From positions 9,133 through 73,132 of IMG/VR virus record IMGVR_UViG_3300028800_000081: a DNA stretch of 64,000 nt; one strand, written 5' to 3'. Numbering within the stretch: position 1 is the stretch's first letter; each line of letters opens with the position of its first letter. Shown here in pieces: positions 9,821 through 19,009 of this stretch. The notes below the pieces were generated by a model. That model worked only from the letters and a program-made list of their open reading frames with translations, had not been told where the DNA came from and ran no database searches. Source of the stretch: a virus. Both the position numbers and the translations under genes were made by a program.

Positions 9821-10097
9821 GCTGCGGCGGCGTTGGAAGCCATCACACCGAGGGAAACTGTCGCGGGTGGCAACGGACGAAACGCTGGCCTTGATCCGCA
9901 AGTAGCCGAAGCCGCTGTAATGCGGCACCGTGAGGGTTATCGCTTCGAAGGCGCAAGTATCGGCTGTTAGGAAAGTCGCCTACGGCGTCGGATTGCCTCG
10001 AAGATGAAAGTCCCGCAGGCGAAGTCGGGTAGCGACAAACGGTGGAGCGGTCTAGAACGCCCTTCCGTCAGCCAGAGGTGGCGGCTGGCCCGCAGCG
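9821..10097 (+). ncRNA. tRNA-like RNA B (277 nt)
   Basis: Acceptor GCTGCGG (9821-27)/CCGCAGC (10090-96), D-like stem GCGTT/AACGC, T-like arm GCCAG/CTGGC and several internal hairpins. Confidence 0.6.
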
Positions 10098-10177
10098 TCG
10101 GGAAGTATCAGGTTGACGTAGCATGAGCGATTCGAATACTAAATCTGGTGACAGGCCGTCACCGCTAGAAATCGAAG

Positions 10178-10864
10178 TCACCCCCGAGATGATCGCCGCC
10201 GGGAGCGATGCCGTTTGGTCCCCGCTTGGCGGCTCTGACTTGCATCCTTCTTTTGACCCGGACGCTCTGGCCAAGCGGGTCTATCTGGCAATGGCTGCAG
10301 TTGCGTCCCTTTCCAAAACAAATCGACGACGCGGGCGATAGTCACGGCGTGCTTGTGCAGCGCGGCGGCACGCTCCCGATAAACGCGGAACTCTTTTAGG
10401 AGATTTGCCCTTTTTAAGGACTTCGCCAACGGATTGCCAAAAATGTCTTTCGCGACAAACTCTCCGGGGTCGCCAACCAAAAACGCAACTGGCGAGTGTG
10501 CCGCTGCATCGCGACGCGGCCCCAATTTGTCGGCGCTATCCACAAGCCAAAGAATATCGGCCCACAAAGCAGTCGCAAATTTGCTCGCGTTTGGGTTTTT
10601 TACGCCGCCCTCGTGGATTGAATGTTCCGGGTTGAACATGAAGGACGCCAACTCGCGCAACATATTCCGCTGAAACCTATCGTTCGGAATAGCGTGCCAG
10701 ATCGCGCGGCCCAAATCATGATTGCTATGGCAAACCAATGACGCGAAAAGAGAGCCAAGCCGCTCTTGAAGCTGATTCCATTCTCGAAGCAGAAACCCGA
10801 TTTCAAGCGCGTATGGCCGAAACGCCTTGTCCCATTCCTGCTCTGGCAGAATCTCGTCCGTCAC
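10178..10864 (-). CDS. IS cargo: hypothetical all-helical protein
   Basis: 228-aa ORF inside the IS; the 3' part overlaps an opposite-strand ORF at 10123-10341. Confidence 0.6.
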   Translation of the reverse strand: MTDEILPEQEWDKAFRPYALEIGFLLREWNQLQERLGSLFASLVCHSNHDLGRAIWHAIPNDRFQRNMLRELASFMFNPEHSIHEGGVKNPNASKFATALWADILWLVDSADKLGPRRDAAAHSPVAFLVGDPGEFVAKDIFGNPLAKSLKRANLLKEFRVYRERAAALHKHAVTIARVVDLFWKGTQLQPLPDRPAWPERPGQKKDASQSRQAGTKRHRSRRRSSRG

Positions 10865-10878
10865 GATACAATCCCCCC

Positions 10879-11052
10879 ATGAAGGCCAAAGAATCCGACG
10901 ATCAATTCACTCCCGCAGAGATCGCGCAACGCCGCGACACGCTGCTTTTCCAGCTTTTGAAAACGCCGCCGAAGCCACGGGCAGCCCCGAAGGCTAAGCG
11001 GAAACCGAGTCGGGCCAAGGGCGCGAGTCGCAAGGCGCGAACGGTTGCCTGA
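10879..11052 (+). CDS. IS cargo: small basic protein
   Basis: RRDTLLFQLLKTPPKP, resembling small peptides often seen in IS1595 elements. Confidence 0.45.
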   Translation: MKAKESDDQFTPAEIAQRRDTLLFQLLKTPPKPRAAPKAKRKPSRAKGASRKARTVA

Positions 11053-11089
11053 TATCCACAGATTCGCGCGGTCGAAACAGGGGGGAAAG

Positions 11090-11584
11090 ATGCGCGCATT
11101 CGGGATGATCGTCGCGGCAATTCTTGTTTTCAATGGCACGTCTGCAATCGCGCAAACGCCGCTATCTACCCAGCCTGTCGACAACGTGGATCCATGCGCG
11201 CCCGATGATGGGATGTGCTGGGCGTCGCATGATGACTCCCGGAATTACGTCAAAGCCAGGAAGGCGTTCGAACATCTTGCGGAACATGGTGACGCTATTG
11301 CCGCGCTGTGGCTCGGTGAATCGTACGATGAACCCGCATGGGTCCGCGTCCCCATAGACCATGTGCAGGCATACAAATGGTATGACATTGCCGCTGCATT
11401 GAAAGCGCGCGAAATAGCCAAGGATGGTCCTGCGCCAAACGGATCGCTGACGCCACCCGACGATAACAAAACAGAGATAAATTATCGCGATGAATGCATC
11501 CAGTATCTGAACAACGTGCAACTCATGCTCGCGCGGCACTGGTCACATGAGTGGCAATCGGAACATCCTGAGGCCATGAAATAA
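11090..11584 (+). CDS. IS cargo: secreted Sel1-like repeat protein
   Basis: Signal peptide; LAEHGDAIAALWLG and DHVQAYKWYDIAA Sel1 motifs. Confidence 0.7.
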   Translation: MRAFGMIVAAILVFNGTSAIAQTPLSTQPVDNVDPCAPDDGMCWASHDDSRNYVKARKAFEHLAEHGDAIAALWLGESYDEPAWVRVPIDHVQAYKWYDIAAALKAREIAKDGPAPNGSLTPPDDNKTEINYRDECIQYLNNVQLMLARHWSHEWQSEHPEAMK

Positions 11585-11799
11585 CGACCTATGACCTACC
11601 CGCTTCCGCAACGGCGTTCAGTGGAGTAGCATGAAAAAAATTGGGCCGAGGTGCTAGCCTCAGCCCGTTGGAATTCGATGCAGCGACGCGTCGTTATCCT
11701 CGAAAGAGGATATACGAAATGCTGTCGCACGCAACCGCTCATTTCACAGATATAAAATCCGTCGCATCGGCGGACGTAGCGCAACAAATTTTGAGCGTC

Positions 11800-12114
11800 T
11801 TACCAATCACCCCCGGCATTTCGCTGTTCCTTGATTGCGATGTCAGCGGCGAACTTCTGCCGGGCTTCGGCGTTGATCCTATAACCCTTGCTCGCGCACC
11901 ATTGCGGGAATGTACGCGGATTGATGTAGATGCGTCTGACGGCCTTACCGCCGCTCTTAAAGTCATTCTCAGCGCGCTCAAATGTGCGGACAAAATCTTT
12001 CCAGAGCGGCGGCAGTTCGTTGGCGTCTTCGCAGATAGCGAGGAAGGCGTCGTAATCTTCCTCCCGACACCACGGAAGGCCGAGGGGAATTAGCTTTGGA
12101 TCAAATGCTGGCAT
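11800..12114 (-). CDS. IS cargo: hypothetical protein
   Basis: RBS AGGAG; 104-aa ORF; 11-bp hairpin upstream at 12159-12188. Confidence 0.6.
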   Translation of the reverse strand: MPAFDPKLIPLGLPWCREEDYDAFLAICEDANELPPLWKDFVRTFERAENDFKSGGKAVRRIYINPRTFPQWCASKGYRINAEARQKFAADIAIKEQRNAGGDW

Positions 12115-12227
12115 TGTTTTGGAACTCCTAGGCGTTTGGCGATTCCTAGGATAACGGCGAAGCCCACCGGAGTCATTCGGTGGGCTTCTGCCTCTTCTGC
12201 CAGCGCAGGAACGCTTTCGCGTGCTGC

Positions 12228-13178
12228 TTAGGCGTTCGCGGTTTTGTTAGTCTGATGATATTGCAGGCGCTTGCCCTTCGCTCCCGCCAATAAGGCGTCG
12301 GCGCGCGCTGCATCCGTCATGTGACGGCCATTATATCGGAAATCGAACTCGGCAAGATAACGTGGCAAATGTTGCTCGCTGATGCTGTGGAACGTGCCGT
12401 AAACGCCGCGCTTCAGGATCGCAAAATAGCTTTCAATCGTGTTGGTATGCATGAAGCCGCCAAGGCGCACATATTCGTCCGCCGAATGATTGACCGTGCC
12501 GTGACCGGAGAACTCCGCACCGATTGACGGATAAACCGTGCTTTCGTCCGTCATCAGGTACGACTTGCGGCTTGCGTGCTTCACGATGATAGGGCGAAGC
12601 GTCTTGGAGTTCACGTTCGCAACATGGAAGGAGCGGACATGTCCGCCGTCACGCTCGACAAGGGCGAACACGGGAGACTTTTTCGGGATCGGGCCAAACG
12701 CCTTATTCTTCGCCTTGCCTCCGATATACGTTTCGTCACCTTCAACGACCTTGTTCTTACCGCCTAAAGGGCGCGGCTTCTTCGCAATCGGGCATTCCCG
12801 CAAACGATGCGCGAGGAACCAAGCCGCCTCGTAACTGATATCCAGCATCCGATGCAGTTGAAGGGCGCTAATGCCTTTCTTGCTCGCCATCATCAGGTGC
12901 GAGGCCATGACCCATTTTGTCAGCGGGATATGGCTGCGCTCCATGACGGTTCCGACCGTGACGCTGAAGGGCTTGCGGCAATCTTTGCAGTTGTAAACGC
13001 CCGGGCGGGTGCTCTTCCCGGCAAGCTTTGTGATCCGGCCCCCGAACTGGCCACAACGCGGGCACGTAGCCCCGGCGTCCTTCCACAGGACGCTTTCCAG
13101 ATGTTCCCGCGCCTTGTCCTCATCATTGAAAATGGGGTTGCGGATATCGAACGATTGCTTGGGGAATTTCTTGGACAC
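12228..13178 (-). CDS. IS1595-family DDE transposase
   Basis: Zn ribbon CPRC/CKDC, HTH, and VEGDETY, MTDE, HTNTIESYF, YLAEFDFRYN motifs. Confidence 0.95.
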   Translation of the reverse strand: MSKKFPKQSFDIRNPIFNDEDKAREHLESVLWKDAGATCPRCGQFGGRITKLAGKSTRPGVYNCKDCRKPFSVTVGTVMERSHIPLTKWVMASHLMMASKKGISALQLHRMLDISYEAAWFLAHRLRECPIAKKPRPLGGKNKVVEGDETYIGGKAKNKAFGPIPKKSPVFALVERDGGHVRSFHVANVNSKTLRPIIVKHASRKSYLMTDESTVYPSIGAEFSGHGTVNHSADEYVRLGGFMHTNTIESYFAILKRGVYGTFHSISEQHLPRYLAEFDFRYNGRHMTDAARADALLAGAKGKRLQYHQTNKTANA

Positions 13179-13309
13179 GGGCAGAACCTCGATTTGTGAG
13201 GCGATTCTAGCCCTAGTTTCGTGTTACGTCAAGCCGATACTTCCCGCAGCGTCTTTCCCGCCCCATGCGCGTTCTCTCAAAGAGGCAGTCCGCCTCACGG
13301 AGAACTTCC

Positions 13310-13417
13310 ATGACAAACACCCCCAAGCCTGATCCGAAGCCACAGCCCAATCCGCAGCCTGTCCAGAACCCAAATCCGGGCCAAGGACGGCCAAACCCGA
13401 ACTACCCGAACAAATAG
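13310..13417 (+). CDS. 35-aa Pro/Asn/Gln-rich peptide
   Basis: RBS GGAGA; MTNTPKPDPKPQPNPQPVQNPNPGQGRPNPNYPNK (below the ORF-track size cutoff). Confidence 0.45.
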   Translation: MTNTPKPDPKPQPNPQPVQNPNPGQGRPNPNYPNK

Positions 13418-13472
13418 ACCGCTCAGACGGGGGCTCGCCTCGTGCGGGCTCCCTGTCGCTTTGGAGGCCACA

Positions 13473-13688
13473 ATGGTAGGCTTGCTTATAACGCTTCTGG
13501 TGATTTGCCTCATCGCCTCTGTGGTGTGGTGGATTCTGACGATGATCCCGATTCCGCCGCCATTCGTGTGGATCGTGCGGGTTATTTTCGCGGTCATATT
13601 CCTGATCGTTTTGCTAGATTTGCTGCTCGGCGGTGGATTCGGCAATCTGAGCCTTGGCGGTGGCAATCTCTTCGCGAGGCGCTGTTGA
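13473..13688 (+). CDS. Small two-TM membrane protein
   Basis: RBS GGAGG; two hydrophobic helices flanking IPIPPPF. Confidence 0.7.
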   Translation: MVGLLITLLVICLIASVVWWILTMIPIPPPFVWIVRVIFAVIFLIVLLDLLLGGGFGNLSLGGGNLFARRC

Positions 13689-13717
13689 ATTGTCACACGG
13701 GCGGAGTATTGTGCCCC

Positions 13718-14026
13718 ATGTTCCGAAACCCCTTCCGCAGCATCGGCGAGAAGCTCGATAGGCTGCTCAGACAACAGGAGTGCATTATGACCCTCGCAAC
13801 CGATCTCGCCACCGCTGTTGCCGCCGTAGACGCGAAGCAACAGGCCCTCCAAGCCTCAGCAGACCAGATTGTGGCCGACATTGCCGCCTTGAAGGCTGCA
13901 ATCAATTCGGGCGACGAACAGGCCATGCAGGACGCTGTAGCGGACCTCACGGCAACGGCTGGCAAGCTCGACTCCACGAATACCGAGCTCCAGGCTGCGC
14001 TGCCCACGCCTCCCGCAGGCCCCTAA
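13718..14026 (+). CDS. Ala-rich coiled-coil protein
   Basis: Heptad pattern; possible second start at 13787 after AGGAG. Confidence 0.6.
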   Translation: MFRNPFRSIGEKLDRLLRQQECIMTLATDLATAVAAVDAKQQALQASADQIVADIAALKAAINSGDEQAMQDAVADLTATAGKLDSTNTELQAALPTPPAGP

Positions 14027-14056
14027 CCGCCCGCTACCCCCAACGGTGTGCGTAAC

Positions 14057-14090
14057 TTGGCCTCGCGGGCGACTGCAGGGCCACATTTTT
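14057..14090 (+). terminator. Probable terminator between converging operons
   Basis: TGGCC...GGCCA stem followed by CATTTTT. Confidence 0.4.
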
Positions 14091-14808
14091 ATGCGCGGCA
14101 AACACGACATTGGAGCGCGGCCATTGGGTCGCGGCGCGTCTCTCGCGGAACGCGGCCCTTCTCAAATTCGGCCCGCAACAGCCGAAGCGATGCAGGCCAT
14201 GTGTCCCGTTGAGGCGAGCGAAACGTGAAGCCAGTCAATTCCTCATAAGCCTCGCCTTCGAGGTATGCGGGCAGATTGTCCCTCCAAAGCTCAAACCACT
14301 GAATGAGTCGCTGGAAAAAACACAACATGCAATCCGTCCGGGCCGGAATTATGATCCCGCGTTGAGCGTTGAAAGACAGAACTTCGGCCAGCCCCATTCC
14401 AGCTTCCCGGAGCGGGAAAAGCATCTCGACGTTTGGCACATTCTGATAGTCTCCGCCCTCGCGCGCCGGTTCATCCGCGCGCAAGCCAACATAGAACTTT
14501 GCTGGCGAATGCTGCATCAGATAGGCGGCAAACGGCTCAATCTTCAGGACGCGCGTGCACCAACGCTGTCGCCAATTGGGAAGCGCCTTCCATTGGCGAA
14601 TGAGCCCGTCCAGTCCGCCAGGGTACATCAGAGGCAGAATAGGGCCGATACGGTCCCGCAAGACCTTCATGTGAGAGAACCACTCCGGCGGCTCATTGCC
14701 GGTCGGCGTGCAGACCCATTGAAAATCAATTTCAGGGTGCGTTTCTTTGAGCAACACAGCCATCGCAACGCTGTCCTTGCCGCCTGAGATCGCGCCAATA
14801 TGGTTCAT
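14089..14808 (-). CDS. PAPS reductase / PP-loop family protein
   Basis: ISGGKDS PP-loop, RWCTRVLKIEP, VGLRADE and CxxC motifs. Confidence 0.85.
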   Translation of the reverse strand: MNHIGAISGGKDSVAMAVLLKETHPEIDFQWVCTPTGNEPPEWFSHMKVLRDRIGPILPLMYPGGLDGLIRQWKALPNWRQRWCTRVLKIEPFAAYLMQHSPAKFYVGLRADEPAREGGDYQNVPNVEMLFPLREAGMGLAEVLSFNAQRGIIIPARTDCMLCFFQRLIQWFELWRDNLPAYLEGEAYEELTGFTFRSPQRDTWPASLRLLRAEFEKGRVPRETRRDPMAALQCRVCRA

Positions 14809-15199
14809 CTCTCTCCGTCCTTTGCCCGCTGACGACCTTCGTCAACGCGCTCCCAATATCGCTGTTCTTCGTCATACTGGCGCTGACGCTCTGTCTCGTT
14901 CGCAAGCTGTACCGCCTTCAGATACCAGCGATGTCCGCACATGCCGCACGTCGCCCTGCCGGTGAGAATGTCGGTCTCGTATTCATCGTGGTCGCAGTCC
15001 TCGGCGTCGTCAAAATCGTTGCTCATCTCACGCCGCCCGGCGCGGAGAGGGGCGCATATCGTCTAGGCCACCAATCGCAGGATGTGAACCCGCGCCTGAC
15101 CGCCCCGAACAGCTTGTCGCATGCTGGCCCGTTACGGCAATCCGCGCACGTCTTGCCGGGCGGCAATTTCATTTCGGCGGCGTAGTCTGGCTCGCCCAT
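14805..15199 (-). other. Two small Cys-rich ORFs (14805-15026; 15023-15199)
   Basis: CxxC motifs and coupled starts/stops. Confidence 0.5.
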
Positions 15200-15212
15200 C
15201 ACACACCCTCCC

Positions 15213-16118
15213 CGCGCTCTGGCTTGTCCATGGTTATCCGGTTAGCGGACAGGGGGGATAGTCGTTGACGCTAGCAGTTCGGCGCGAATCTCCATCCAGA
15301 GCTTGCCGAGCATGTTCTGGCCTTCACGATACGGACCCCAACCCCAGAAGTTGTCGCGCCACGAATTTTCGATCAGTGTCCGCTCGCCCGTCGCCAATAG
15401 CTTGCGCCTAACATATTCGTGTTGAATGGTTTTGGCACGAAGGATGTCGCGCATGACGCCAATCTTCACCGTATCCCAATCACGGCGCTGGAAGCTCTTG
15501 TTTTCCTGTGCAAGCTTGAACGCCTCATGGGCGGAAGCGGCGAAGCGGATATTGTCGGCAATGAGCCACGCTTGCGCCCCGATGGCTGGGCTTTGTCCTT
15601 CCTGTCCGGTAGCGAACCTTTCCCAATGATATGCCGCCTCTGATGTATCGAAATCCCTTCCGCGCCACTGAATGCGGAAAGCTGAGAAATTCGATAGGAC
15701 ATAGAAATCCTGTTCGTAGAAAAACACCTGCGTCTCATTGTCGAGTCCGTGAATTTCCATCACCTACTCTCCTTCTGTGTCATCGTATCGGTATCAGCGC
15801 GCTCTGGCTTGGGCTCGACCGTGGAGCGTGGCGTGGCGGTATATCATGGCAAGCCGCTCCGCAATTTTGCGAAATCCATTGTCGCAAAAAGCATCGCTTC
15901 GTCGAGTTGCTTGATAACGGATAACATCATGGCAACGTCGTCATATAGTAGTTTTGGCCCGGACCAACGCCCCGTTGCTTTCCATTGCTGAACAGAGATT
16001 TCTAGCTGTTGAAGTCGTTCGCGCTGGCGATCTCTCGCGTCATCCATTGTTGCGATGTTTGCTCCCATCACCCCTCTCCCGTTGCGGAATGCTCGACGCG
16101 CTCTGGCTTGGGCTCGAC
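15213..16118. repeat. Dispersed direct repeat CGCGCTCTGGCTTG(GGCTCGAC)
   Basis: Exact 22-bp copies at 15798-15819 and 16097-16118; 14-bp copy at 15213-15226. Confidence 0.8.
15242..15763 (-). CDS. NADAR (YbiA-like) family protein
   Basis: LSNFS, TSEAAY, RRDWDTVKIGVM, LLATGERTLIENSWRDNFWG and GQNMLGKLWMEIR motifs. Confidence 0.92.
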   Translation of the reverse strand: MMEIHGLDNETQVFFYEQDFYVLSNFSAFRIQWRGRDFDTSEAAYHWERFATGQEGQSPAIGAQAWLIADNIRFAASAHEAFKLAQENKSFQRRDWDTVKIGVMRDILRAKTIQHEYVRRKLLATGERTLIENSWRDNFWGWGPYREGQNMLGKLWMEIRAELLASTTIPPVR

Positions 16119-17734
16119 TGTACGGGCTCGGATGGCGGCGGCGATACCATCAGCAATGGCGTACCCTCGCAGGAAAATTGGGCCTTCGCGCTTTGGAAAG
16201 TCAGGCTTTTCCATTTCGGCATTCTCGGCTGCTGCCCACTCGTCCGCAATCTTCGCTGCTTCCTCGAATGCCTCCGCTCTGATACGCGCACTCTCTCCCC
16301 CTGCCCCGTCTGCGCCGTGTGGCCGTACCTTTTCGAGCCAGAATTGAACGTGGCCGAACGCTTTTTTGTCGTATCCCTGCGCACACTCCGCAGGATGATC
16401 GTGAGCGTAGCCCCATGCCAGATGAAATTCCGATATGCCTGCCCCGTCTGCGGTGGGCTGGAGGCGGGAGAGGGCGGCGAATTCGCAAAGCAAATCGACA
16501 ACCGCGACCGACGATATTGAGGCCGCGTCTCTGTAGCCTTTCGAAACAAGGAATTGTGCGGCCTTGGATACCTGTTCAGTCAGCGCAACGTCGCCGGGCG
16601 GACGGTCGGTCATGGGTTCACCTTTAGTAACTGGAAACGCGGGCATACGTGGTCTGAGCGCACAGGCATATAGCCGTAAAAGTCGCTCTCCAGATCGCAC
16701 GTCATTTGACGCTTGTTCATTGTGTATCCTTTGTGGGCGCAGTAACCGCAACAGGCACCATCGGAACGTAACTGCGCAACCATGGCGTCTCGGAGAGTTT
16801 TTGTAATTTTCGCTCGCAAGCGAAGACGCGCCTTTCTAGCGGGGCTCAGTTTACTCATTCTCCATCTCGCTTGGTGACAGCGGCGGCGCGGATCGCGTCT
16901 CTAGTCTTTTCGACGCCAAGCCAAAAAGCGTGCGTGGATTCTTCGGAGCCGCTTTCTTCATCGGGATATTTCGGCATGGCCCTATCAACCGCCCGCTCAA
17001 GCCTCTCCACCTTATCAAGGAGCGATTCTACTGTCGCGTCGCCGTTGAACATCTTGCGGATTGTAGTGGTGTCTGGGGGCGTGGTCATAGTCCTAAATCC
17101 TTGGCATCTTCATTCGCGACGAAGCCGTTGCAGCGGTCGCAGATGCGGCCTTCATCGCCCATGGTATCCGTATATGGTCGCCAATCATGGACGCAGGCGT
17201 CGAAATGTGCGCGCCACTCCTTCACGCAAGCCTCGCAGAACCAGCAATCCTCCATCATCGTCATTGTTTCTATGGGAAACGCTTTCTCGCAATGCTCACA
17301 TTGCTGCATGTCTGCCAGCGTCACGGGTTTGGTCGGGTGGGTCATTGGGCGGCCTCATAGAATTTTGACTTCGGGGTCTTGCCGTCCTGGTCGCTTTCCC
17401 AAGCGGCAAACATGCGTTCAACATCGGCACTCGGCAGAAATTCGACAAGCGCGTCGCATTCGGTGCACATGCCGTCCCACATCAAATCGTAGGCGCGCTG
17501 GAGCATAGCGTCCCTCAGTTCGTCCGTAGACCGGCTACTCGGAAGCATATTGAACTTGGTACGCTGCCGGCCGATCCGCCGCTCTTCGTCATCAAGGAAC
17601 CGGCCCTCCGCTTTCGTTGATGCTTTCCATTTTGCGTTCTCGCGCAGATCCGCAATCAGCTTTGGATTGCCGCCTTCCTGCTCAAGCCGCGCGGCAGCGA
17701 CCATGAGCATGTGAATGCGAGAGCGCGGCGTCAT
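15844..17734 (-). other. Six small hypothetical early genes (15844-16071, 16068-16613, 16610-16858, 16855-17088, 17085-17345, 17342-17734)
   Basis: Head-to-tail ORFs with 4-bp overlaps. Confidence 0.6.
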
Positions 17735-18096
17735 CGTTTCCTCATCTTCCTACTGCCGAAATGCTTGAAGCCTTCCGGCGCCTTGGCGAACTTGCGCGTC
17801 GGGATCTTGCGCTTCGGCCCCTGCTTCGTGACGCCGGTAATGCGATCGATCTTCGCGAGGGCTTGGACGTCGCGCTTCGATTTCGGCTTGTGCGCCGCCT
17901 TCAGAACCGGCCGGAAGTTCCTATACTCGTGCTTGCCTCCGAGCGCGTCGGCATGGATGTGATCGATCTCCACCGGATCACCTGGGCGCATAGGTTCGCC
18001 GGAGATCGCACACTTCAGCGGCTCACCAAACTGCATCTCGACGCGATACAGGAGCGTGTCGATTATCTCGCGCTTGGTGAAGGGCTTGCGGCTCAT
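17731..18096 (-). CDS. HNH-family endonuclease
   Basis: EIDHIHADALGG...NFRPVLKAAHKPKSKRD. Confidence 0.75.
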   Translation of the reverse strand: MSRKPFTKREIIDTLLYRVEMQFGEPLKCAISGEPMRPGDPVEIDHIHADALGGKHEYRNFRPVLKAAHKPKSKRDVQALAKIDRITGVTKQGPKRKIPTRKFAKAPEGFKHFGSRKMRKR

Positions 18097-18298
18097 GGCT
18101 TCACCTTGTGCTTTTCGTTCCACGCCTTGCTGCCGGCAAAGAATTCGGAATCGCGCCACGGGCATTCGAATTCGCACCATTCCGAACCGGCCATCATGCA
18201 TTGACCGTCCGCCATGAGCATGCACTCGTCATCGCCGAATTCATCTTCTGGCTCTTCGTCGTCGTCCAGATAGTTTTCGTCGTCGGATGGATTGCCCA

Positions 18299-18550
18299 TC
18301 ACCCGTCTCCCACCAAATAGCTCAGCGTCGTGCCGAGCGCGTCCGCAAGCAGTCTTAACATCCACATCTGCGGCACCATCGTCTTTTCGTAGCGGCTGAT
18401 TTGCGACCCCACGGCGCCGACTCTGCGCCCGAGCTCGCCCTGGCTCATGCCGGCCATTGTGCGGAGATGATAGAGCCGCGGGCCGATCTTGCGGTCTTCG
18501 GCTCGTGCAGCGGCGCGTTTCGCGGCTTGGGCTTTGCTGATCGTGGACAT
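18299..18550 (-). CDS. XRE-family HTH regulator
   Basis: GMSQGELGRRVG...QISRYEK...LADALGTTLSYL. Confidence 0.85.
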   Translation of the reverse strand: MSTISKAQAAKRAAARAEDRKIGPRLYHLRTMAGMSQGELGRRVGAVGSQISRYEKTMVPQMWMLRLLADALGTTLSYLVGDG

Positions 18551-18551
18551 G

Positions 18552-18950
18552 CTATTTCTTCTCTGCCAAGAATCTGCTGGCTTCCAAGATCGGTAGGTTT
18601 GCCTCGGTCGGGACGTAGATCGTCTCGTCGCCGTCGCGCTCTTCCATCATCTTGATCCACTGCCAGCGCAGATAGAGGTCATGCTGTTTCAGACCTTCGC
18701 CGATCTCTTTGATCTGGGCGGCGACGGCCTGCGCTTCGATGATCGCTGCCTGCTTATTCAATTCGGCGGCGTTCAAACGCCCTTGTGCTTCGGCAACTTG
18801 GATCGTTTGCTCATTACGGGCCTGCGCGAGGTCAGCGAGCCCCCGTTGATGCGCTGCCCATACGCGCCAGAGCGGGTAAAGCCACAGGATCCAAATCAGA
18901 ATGATCGCGAAAGCCGCAAGAACGACCAACAAAATGTTCTCCACGTCCAT
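18552..18950 (-). CDS. Membrane-anchored SPFH/prohibitin C-terminal-like protein
   Basis: N-terminal TM; AIIEAQAVA...YLRWQWI...IYVPTEANLPILEA. Confidence 0.6.
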   Translation of the reverse strand: MDVENILLVVLAAFAIILIWILWLYPLWRVWAAHQRGLADLAQARNEQTIQVAEAQGRLNAAELNKQAAIIEAQAVAAQIKEIGEGLKQHDLYLRWQWIKMMEERDGDETIYVPTEANLPILEASRFLAEKK

Positions 18951-19009
18951 CTCCTATTTCCCCGCCTTCGCCTTGGCGCGTTGAGCCGCGACGATTTCCT
19001 TTTGCTGTT

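Larger units (their letters stand above)
10100..13245 (-). mobile_element. IS1595-family transposon with passenger genes
   Basis: TIRs GGGAAGTATCAGGTTGACGTA (left) and GGGAAGTATCGGCTTGACGTA (right, reverse complement); 8-bp TSD GCAGCGTC at 10092-99 and 13246-53. Confidence 0.92.

Noticed and set aside
7235-10097. Canonical tRNA or tmRNA genes
   Set aside because: No 7-nt anticodon loop at the expected place, non-standard T loops, and no tag ORF.
9970-13259. Pairing GGAAAGTCGC with GCGTCTTTCC across the IS insertion
   Set aside because: It competes with the better-supported acceptor-stem fold; may be chance or a precursor conformer.
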